Assembly (NCBI RefSeq): GCF_000143415.4
Contig: NW_003314597.1
Span: forward strand, 1-10,097
Source of the DNA: Selaginella moellendorffii
Lineage: Eukaryota > Plantae > Lycopodiophyta
Direction of reading: 5' to 3'
DNA length: 10,097 nt
Numbering within the stretch: the first letter of the stretch is position 1; every line of letters begins with the position of its first letter. Below are positions 1-6,894 of the stretch, piece after piece. The notes below the pieces were generated by a model. That model had not been told where the DNA came from and did no database searches. It was given only the letters and a program-made list of their open reading frames with translations. A program made the position numbers and the translations under genes.

Positions 1-671
1 ATGGCGACGTCGTTCCATGTCACCTCGTTTTTGGTCCGCATCACATCAAACACAGCCTTGGCCTCTCCAATATTTCCACATTTTCCATACATGTCGACCA
101 GCGCAGTTCCCACTCGAACGTCACAAAGAATGAAAGTGGAATCAATGCTCTTGTGAACACTCTTGCCTTGTTCTAAGGCATTGCAACTGGAGAATCCATC
201 CAGAATGCTAATCAGCGTAATTTCATTTGGTCGAATCCCTTCCTGATCCATGAGCTTGAATATGCAAAATGCTTCTTTGGAATTCCCAGCTTGAGAGTAT
301 GCAGAAATCATTGAGTTCCATGAAACAACATTCTTGAGTGTCGAGGGCATTTTGTCAAAGATATCTCTCGCCTCGCGGATATGCCCGTTCTGGGCATATG
401 CGGCAAGCATGATAGTCCAGGAGAAAACGTTCCTCTTAGAGATTGAATCGAAGACGTTTTTAGCATCGCTGATGCTGTTGCACTTCCCGTACATGCGTAT
501 AAGAAGGTTGGCAAAGAATGAATCGGATTGAGAAAGATATCCTGCCTCCAGAAGGCTTTGGTGGAGTTTCCTGCCTGTTGTGATTGACTTGCACTGACTG
601 AGCAAAGCTTCATATGATCTTTTCTCAGTTTTCTCATGACAAACATCCACAAGGTTATTCCTCGATAGCAT
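1..671 (-). CDS. PLS-class pentatricopeptide repeat (PPR) protein, copy A; only the 5' part is in the window
   Basis: ATG at 671-669 (MLSRNNLV...) opens a stop-free frame that runs off the left edge, so it is absent from the ORF track. It encodes L-S-SS-P-L-S motifs and the start of a P motif (e.g. NLLIRMYGKC, VVSWNSMISAYSQAG, TALVDMYGKCG). About 98% identical to 7689..8348. Confidence 0.9.
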   Translation of the reverse strand, partial: MLSRNNLVDVCHEKTEKRSYEALLSQCKSITTGRKLHQSLLEAGYLSQSDSFFANLLIRMYGKCNSISDAKNVFDSISKRNVFSWTIMLAAYAQNGHIREARDIFDKMPSTLKNVVSWNSMISAYSQAGNSKEAFCIFKLMDQEGIRPNEITLISILDGFSSCNALEQGKSVHKSIDSTFILCDVRVGTALVDMYGKCGNIGEAKAVFDVMRTKNEVTWNDVA

Positions 672-963
672 CCAACGGTTACCCCTTTTGAATTAAGAGT
701 TTTGATTTAATATTTTTAATCTAGTAGGAGCTGTGCATCCAGGGTGAAGCATATCTGCGGTTGTTACTCTTGAATAGAGTACTTAGAAGCTAATGCTTCT
801 GATGGATCTTACTGCAAATGCAATGTTACACAGTTGTAGTACCCTTGCAGTGAAAGTCTTTTGACAATTTAGCTGTGGTGGCAAATTCTCAAACAGGCAA
901 TGGTCAATCCTTCCTCGTTAAGGTTTCTACGAGCTTGCATAAATTTTTGTGCAAAGATGATTG

Positions 964-976
964 TATATATATATAT
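964..976. repeat. Short (TA)n microsatellite; the paralogous copy is at 8637..8651
   Basis: tatatatatatat is read directly. It lies inside a candidate 62-nt plus-strand intron (923..984). Confidence 0.6.
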
Positions 977-1519
977 GCTTGCAGACGCTCTTGTGGCTGA
1001 AATACTCGGCTGGCATCCTTGGTTGGCTGTGGCAGTTCTCACAGTATGTAGGTTCCAAGCTGCAACATGCTTGAGCAGCGAATTTGTCTTTCAAAATTGG
1101 ATAGAAAACCTCTTGAATACTGTATATGTGCCATGGATCTTCCATTAAAAGGATCCTGCCTTTCTCCATTTGCAATTCCCTTTGTTATATGAAACAACTT
1201 TTGATGATCTGCAGACATCATAAAAATAATTCTTCTAATCTTAACCACCTGATTAAGAAACCACACCATCCCTATCAGATTAAAATCATGTGCACAATCT
1301 CCTCTGGCCAACCATATTTTGCAGCTGCACCATGATAACACTCTTAAGAAGTCTCACCTCTTTTGTTTGTGGCAACAGCAATACTAAATGCTCACTCTAA
1401 CAAACATAAGAGAGATACTGTGGTTTGTAGAACTTGCAAGTTACTATTAAAGGTTTATTGAGGGATTTGCTAGGGGTTCAAAATGTATAGTAAGGATAAT
1501 GAGTAGATTAGATATAATT

Positions 1520-2870
1520 TACCAATTTAAGGCATTATATAACTTCTTGTTAAAAAATTTAGTAGTTGATAGAGTACGTATATTTTCATGTTATGTTGAA
1601 ATACCATTAACCTTCATTTGGCTTTATTTTGTGTACTAATTTTAGTATTAAAATGCTAGAAGCTTTAGGATTATTCCAATGTTGCATCACACTTTTGTTT
1701 TTTTGCTCTTTGGTTGTATACATGTTTTGTACCTTCACTCTTTAGTTATACACTCAGGAGTTTGGCTCTATCCCAGCTTAAGGCTTTAAAACTCAAATTT
1801 TACTTTGTTGTCCTGTATTACATTAAAGTGAATTGCAAACAAGCCAACATTTTGTTGAAAAGTTTCTAAAGTAGATGATAGAAAAATATAACTTTGAGTT
1901 TCAGCATAAAAATACATTTAAGATTGGCTAAAGCTTTGGATTATAAAATACTTCTAGAGCAAGAAGAGATCAAAAGAAAAAAATGATGAAGTCTTAACAA
2001 TGAGTGTTGATATGGAAGAATATTGAGATATTTATAACTTTTTGGAAACAATGAATTTTTTAAAAGGTTGAAAATGTGCTAAGAGGAAGATCATATATAA
2101 ATCAAAACCATTCACACTAATAAGTGATTAACTTTATTGAGTTGGACGAGATAACATACTTCAAATAACAATTAAACAGAATGAACAAAAGGAAATCATG
2201 AGGCATTGCCATAAAAAATATTATAGTGAACACTCCTGTAATTATATAGCTAAGAAAATTGTGAATGCAAAATTTTTAGCTAACATTATTTTAGAACATG
2301 AATTAATATATTTGTCAGGTATTTGGAAGAAGAATCCTTCAGTTCAACTAGAAGGTCTTCATTCAATTTTGTTGATAATACCATTTGAAAAATGGGGGAT
2401 AGATTCCAATTCTTATAGTGGCCACATTAAAAGAAGCCTTATCTCAAAGGTAATAGACTACTTTATTAAGTGGGTTAAAATAATAGCAATTAAAACCAAC
2501 ATAAAAGGAAGTTATGATAAACTTTCTTGTCCAAAATGTATGCATAGCGTTTGGTTACCTGTTAGAGATTGTTATTGACCAAAACTCATATTTATTCAAT
2601 AAAGTAGTTAAAAAAACTAATGAGGAAGCTATTGATTAAATATCAATAGTCAATATCATATTATTCACAAGCTAATTGGTTGGTGGAAAGAATAAATAAT
2701 GTATTGTGCAATATTCTAGAAAAATTGATTATTAAAAAAAGAAAAATTGGTACAAAATGGTTGTTATATCATTATAAGTTTACAAAACCACACACAAAGT
2801 AATAACAAAGTTCACTTCTTTTCAATTAATTTCTAGGACATAAATATACTTTCAATTGAATTGCAAGAAG
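1520..2870 (+). mobile_element. Degenerate Ty3/Gypsy LTR-retrotransposon pol fragment (RT-linked RNase H followed by integrase)
   Basis: Translating across stops and frameshifts gives the RNase H end (..EKYNFEFQHK) and the integrase Zn-binding region (LY*VGRDNIL..EIMRHCH..EH..AKKIVNA..ICQ). The core reads PFEKWGID (D at 2402), IDYFIKWV, EIVIDQ (D at 2577), YYSQANWLVER (E at 2686), with D-35-E spacing after one extra A in the run at 2610-2616, then YKTTHK..FTSFQL..IEL. The RNase H-then-integrase order is diagnostic of Ty3/Gypsy. No LTR was seen and boundaries are approximate. Confidence 0.88.
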
Positions 2871-3709
2871 AGTATGATTCTATAAAAAATAAACTTGATA
2901 ATTTTTGTAGTACCAAATAGTAGTGGTGATCTTTGGAAGCTAGCTGAGTGAGCTTTAATTTCAAGTCCTTTTTATCACTTAGTTTATGCTTCAGCTCTAA
3001 TCATAAACTTGGGATTTCCAACTCTTAGAGCTCCTTGGATTTTAAAACAAAAAGACACACCAAAACCAAGAATCCCTACAAAATGTGCAAGTCCACATCC
3101 TATATTGGTGATTAACTCTTTGATCAAGTATTATAAATTGCTACAACAGCTCTACACTTTTTTATAAAATTGTAATCAAATTTTGACCAAGTCATGGTAA
3201 TTACTGATGACATGTGAAATAATATCAAATGACATCCTACACTCTCTAAATAAGTATTAGAGTAACTTTGATCCATGCCTTCATATAAAACACCACTATA
3301 ACACCAAGTAAAACAAGAAAATTAATAAACTTTATAGAATGGTGGAAAAAGCTATTTAAATTTTAAAAATACCATTTGAATTTTTCTTATATTATTGTGC
3401 TCTAAATTCCAATATTTTATATTTTAAAGAACTTACTAACTAGATCCCTCCCTAAACCTTATAATTACAGTCTCACACAAATATTCTAGAAACAGTTTAT
3501 ATTTAAAACTTTCTATCTTGCACTAGAAGGTGGATGGTGTAATTTATATTAAATTTTCAATTTCAATTTAATATGAACAAAGCATAAGAGGTTATTACAT
3601 TTCCTCACCAAATAAAGTAATAAAAATATATACTTTGGCTTGTTTTAATCTGTTCAGGAAAAGTGAAACTAGTGGAATACCACCTGGCAGTGAAGAATCC
3701 TAGCAAAGA

Positions 3710-5521
3710 ATGGCGATGGCGGCGGCGTCTAGCGCCTCCGACTCCGATCTTGCCTTCCAAATGTCGGTGGGCGATGCCCTCGTTGTAGTTGTTCTCCATT
3801 GCTTGCTTCTGTTTGTGTTTGGGCGGATGGTTTCTCGTTGCTTGCACGGCCTAGCTGGATGGAGGAACAAGCTCCTGGGCGTGGAGGGCGACGCGGCGCT
3901 GGCAATTCGCGTCCAGGAGATGGAGCTGGAGGCGCTCCAGAAGCAGGAGAAGGATCGCGAGATAGCGGCCAAGCTGCTCAAAGAGCTGAACGAGAGCGCG
4001 GACCAGCTGCTCCACGACGACGCCATGGTTCACGAGATCGATGAGATGGACGAGAGGGAGTGGGAGGAGAACGGTGACTTGTACGAGCGGCCTTTCCAGT
4101 CGGGGATCACGGGGACGTTCTTCCGGGTTTATTTCAAAGGCTACTCGGTGTCCGAGGGTGGTGTGATTGTTGGTGCCGCTCTTGGTGGATCGATCAGGGA
4201 TTCCAGTGGAAACGAGCTCCTCCAGCTCAAGAGATACGTCGCAACTCCTACCGGGAAGAACGTCGCGCAGTACTATGCTCTCGTTGACGTTCTCAAGTCG
4301 GCTCAGTCCATGGGAGCTCGCAAGATCATTGCTTACACGGACTCTCGCCCTCTCCATAACCAGGTTGGTTGTTCTTCTCTTCTTTCGCCAGCTTTTCCTT
4401 AATTGAAACGCTTTGTTTCTTTTTTCTCACCTAGATCAAGGGATATTGGAGGGTCTCTACGAAGGCTATGAAGGCCGAGTATGACAAGGCAATCGGGCTC
4501 ATCGATAGTTTCGAGTCGTTTGATATCAACCTTGCGCTCCACGGAGAGAACTGGCCAGCAGACAATCTAGCGAAGTCGGTCTCGATCAGCCAGAGGCAAA
4601 ACACGGCTTCCAGCAGCAGGTCCATGTTTCACTGCGTCATTTGCCTCGAGGACGTCCAGGATGCGGACATTTACACTCTCGCCGAGTGCTCTCACAAGTT
4701 TTGCTCATCGTGCGTGAAGCAGCACGTCGAGGCTACAGTGACAACCGGGCGGACTTTCCCGGTGGCTTGCCCGCAAGTCGAGTGCACGAAGAAGTTCACC
4801 GAGGGCGAGTGCAAGAAGCTGCTGTCCGAGGCGGCTCTCAAAGTTTTCATGAAGAAGATAGAGGAGGAGCGCATCCCTGATGCGGAGAGAGTCTACTGCC
4901 CGTATCCAAAGTGCTCGGACTTGATGGATAGAAGGACTTTCCTCGACCCCAACCCCCGGAAGTTGTGTGGAGCTTGCCACAGATACTTCTGCCTCGACTG
5001 CCGAGTTCCCTGGCATACATTCTCGACTTGTGCTGGATACCAGCGGCTGCCTCTCGACTTAAAAGATGCCGCGGACGCAAAGCTCTACAGGCTCGCGGAG
5101 AACCAGAACTGGAGGCAGTGCAAGAAGTGTAGGTGGATGATTGAGCTCTCGGAAGGGTGCTACCACATGACTTGCAGGTATGATTTTTCTGCCTCGTTCT
5201 TTTTCTTGTGTACGATACTTGGTGTTCTGGTGCTATAGGTGTGGCTACGAGTTTTGTTATACTTGTGGCATGGAGTACCGGAATAAGATACAAATGTGCA
5301 CCTGTAAGCTTTGGGACGAACACTACATTGTTAGAGAGGAAGAAGATTTCTCGGACGATGGAAGCAGCAGTGACGAAATGGATCTTCATGACCCGTTCTA
5401 CAAGACACGGCTCTGTAGATACTTCGCCAAGGGGCACTGTCGTAATGGAGTCAACTGCAGGTTTGCTCACGGTATTCCCGAGCTTGTTCATGTGTTTGTT
5501 TCCAGGTTGGCAATTAACTAA
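3710..5521 (+). CDS. RBR (RING-IBR-RING) E3 ubiquitin ligase of RSL1/RFA-like type with an RNase H-like domain and a C-terminal CCCH zinc finger; join(3710..4363,4435..5177,5239..5521), about 559 aa
   Basis: Splicing joins three ORF-track fragments in frame and restores motifs (HNQ|IKGYWRV; MTCR|CGYEFCYTCG). RNase H-like fold about 4118-4580. RING1 CVIC..CSHKFCSSC..CPQVEC at 4633-4785. IBR CPYPKC..CGACHRYFCLDCRVPWH..C at 4897-5031. RING2 CKKC..GCYHMTCRCGYEFCYTC from 5119, with the putative catalytic Cys at 5158-5160. CCCH YKTRLCRYFAKGHCRNGVNCRFAHG at 5399-5473. The N-terminal exon structure is uncertain. Confidence 0.9.
4364..4434 (+). other. Spliceosomal intron, 71 nt, phase 0, in the RBR gene
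   Basis: CAG|GTTGGT...TTTTTTCTCACCTAG|ATC. It is T-rich and contains an in-frame stop. Removal restores the RNase H motif NQIKGYW. Confidence 0.92.
5178..5238 (+). other. Spliceosomal intron, 61 nt, phase 2, in the RBR gene
   Basis: GCAG|GTATGA...GCTATAG|GTGT. Removal restores RING2 C-R-C-G-Y-E-F-C. Confidence 0.93.
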
Positions 5522-5650
5522 TTCAATGTTTAATTTCTAATATGAAAAACTTGACATTAAGTTAACATTGAACATATCATGATCACAAAGTTAGTATTTA
5601 AAATATGCTTGGATATTCTAAAGTATCCTTCCAACCTTTGTTATTTATTT

Positions 5651-5770
5651 AGATTAATCTTGTATTTATATTTATACACATGTTTATAATTTATAAACTT
5701 TCTTAAACCCTTTCTATGCAATAAGATTAATCTTGTGTTTATAAATTACAAACATGTTTGTAATTATAAA
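5651..5770. repeat. Two imperfect ~47-bp direct repeats (period 73); the second contains a perfect 22-bp palindrome
   Basis: agattaatcttgt..ttata..acatgttt.taatt.ataaa starts at 5651 and 5724. aattacaaacatgtttgtaatt at 5744-5765 is self-complementary. Confidence 0.75.
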
Positions 5771-6638
5771 TTTTATTTGATCAATTGGATTAATAAGTAA
5801 GAATAACACTATGGTTGTGATTTTCCCATATTATATATAATCAGGGTTTAAACTTTGAACTAGTTAAACACTATTTACACCTATACTTAATATCTTTAAA
5901 AAACCATATCTGTGTTTAATAATAAAAGAGAATTAATCTAAATGAGATGGTAAAATATCTGGGTATATTCTAGCAATATCCACTACCACAAAGGTTTTTT
6001 TAAGTAAATAAATTGCTATGCATTACATGTAGCAATGCTTAGTTTGCTTAATAGTAGGGGATGCACAGGCACAAGAGATCTCCAGACCAGGAGAAAAATC
6101 TATGGCAATGCTTTTGTCCATGGGCCTGTTGATTGAGAAATATCCTAGAATATACTTGGATATTCCAGCTCCAATATATTTAAGAGTATTCATCGTAATA
6201 TTCATAAAATGATCAAAATATTGTACAATGTAGAGTAAAACTATATTTTATAGGATTGACGGAATATATTTTTACTAAAACACTAAGGTTACTCAAGACA
6301 TGGATTTATATTAATCTTCATATACAGGGGAAAGTCTCCAAGTATTAATAAAAGAACCATTAAATTATTAGAAATATATAATGCATCTGTTCTCTAGGAT
6401 GCACAAGAAAGAAATATATTTTTTGGTACTAGATCAAAATATTAATACAATTTTCATATATAGTAAAATTGAGAAACAAATCTAACACTAATCCAGGCTA
6501 AACTAAATACTCTAAAAAAATTGACATATTCCGTAAATAAACACAACTTTATTTATGATTATACATATTTAAATTATTATTATTGAAATATCAATTGAAA
6601 CTAAGACCTACAATTGTTACATTACATTTTGAGTTTTT

Positions 6639-6894
6639 ATAAAGTACAAAACTGAAATCATCTTGTAAAACAAGATAATATTGACCATTATCTATTGGTT
6701 TTTAATGTTGATATTCCAGAAAGATATGGTCCCGTTTAAAGGCATGATCTAAAAGGCCAACAATCAGGTCCAGAATAACCATCATCATTTTGATACAAAA
6801 CCAACTTGAATATTTTGAAACATTAAACATGTATACTTGGATTTGAAATTCCTTATTACTAATTGAATATTGTGTTATTTCTACTGTACCATAA
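6639..6894 (-). pseudogene. Degenerate bulb-type (GNA / B-lectin) mannose-binding lectin-like fragment
   Basis: The minus strand reads DNGQYYLVLQDDFSFVLY (6692-6639), matching the B-lectin strand G-x-Y-x-L-V-L-Q-x-D-x-N-x-V-x-Y with N replaced by S (AGT). It is preceded by FWNINIK. A second, frameshifted unit reads LWYS...CLMFQN/FKLVLY (6894-6793). Several stops and frameshifts are present. Confidence 0.55.

Larger units (their letters stand above)
1..2437 (+). repeat. Segmental/tandem duplication, copy A (matches 7684..10097)
   Basis: Colinear direct repeat with offset about 7675-7680 over most of its length (308 vs 7985, 900 vs 8575, 1321 vs 9001). Both copies are cut by the window edges. 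Confidence 0.97.

Noticed and set aside
308-652. Alternative-frame and antisense ORFs over the PPR genes (308..652, 334..531, 7207..7853, 7985..8329, 8011..8208)
   Set aside because: These are shadows of the PPR frame. Inter-copy substitutions fall mainly at third positions of the PPR frame.
872-922. AVVANSQTGNGQSFLVK resembling a degenerate P-loop
   Set aside because: It lacks the invariant GK[ST] lysine, and no further NTPase motifs follow.
2198-2578. 126-aa ORF as a standalone gene
   Set aside because: It is a stop-free piece of the decayed integrase that drifts between frames. It is annotated as part of the Gypsy relic.
2900-3400. Stretch with a ~70-codon stop-free plus-strand frame, possibly a LINE or other TE remnant
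   Set aside because: No diagnostic motif was recognised.
3621-3634. TATA-like sequence about 80 nt upstream of the RBR ATG
   Set aside because: Indistinguishable from background in very AT-rich DNA without TSS data.
4118-4580. RBR RNase H-like domain captured from the neighbouring Gypsy relic
   Set aside because: The relic's RNase H is the RT-linked DAS/EYDF type, whereas the RBR domain is the FDG/NxAEY/ADxLA type, contains an intron and is a family-wide feature.
3605-5540. Overlapping ORFs around the RBR gene (e.g. 3700..4026-, 3851..4357-, 4847..5491-, 3799..4044+, 5208..5540+)
   Set aside because: Expected by-products of GC-rich codon usage. They show no recognisable domains, and some cross the introns.
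6023-6270. Plus-strand GNAFVHGPVD*EI../IYLDIP resembling Ty1/copia RT (NAFLHG..EIY), and a 60-aa minus-strand ORF with a CxC..KH pattern
   Set aside because: These are single short motifs without convincing KSLYGLKQ, YVDD or SWIM ligands. A frameshift-aware search would be needed to call either one.
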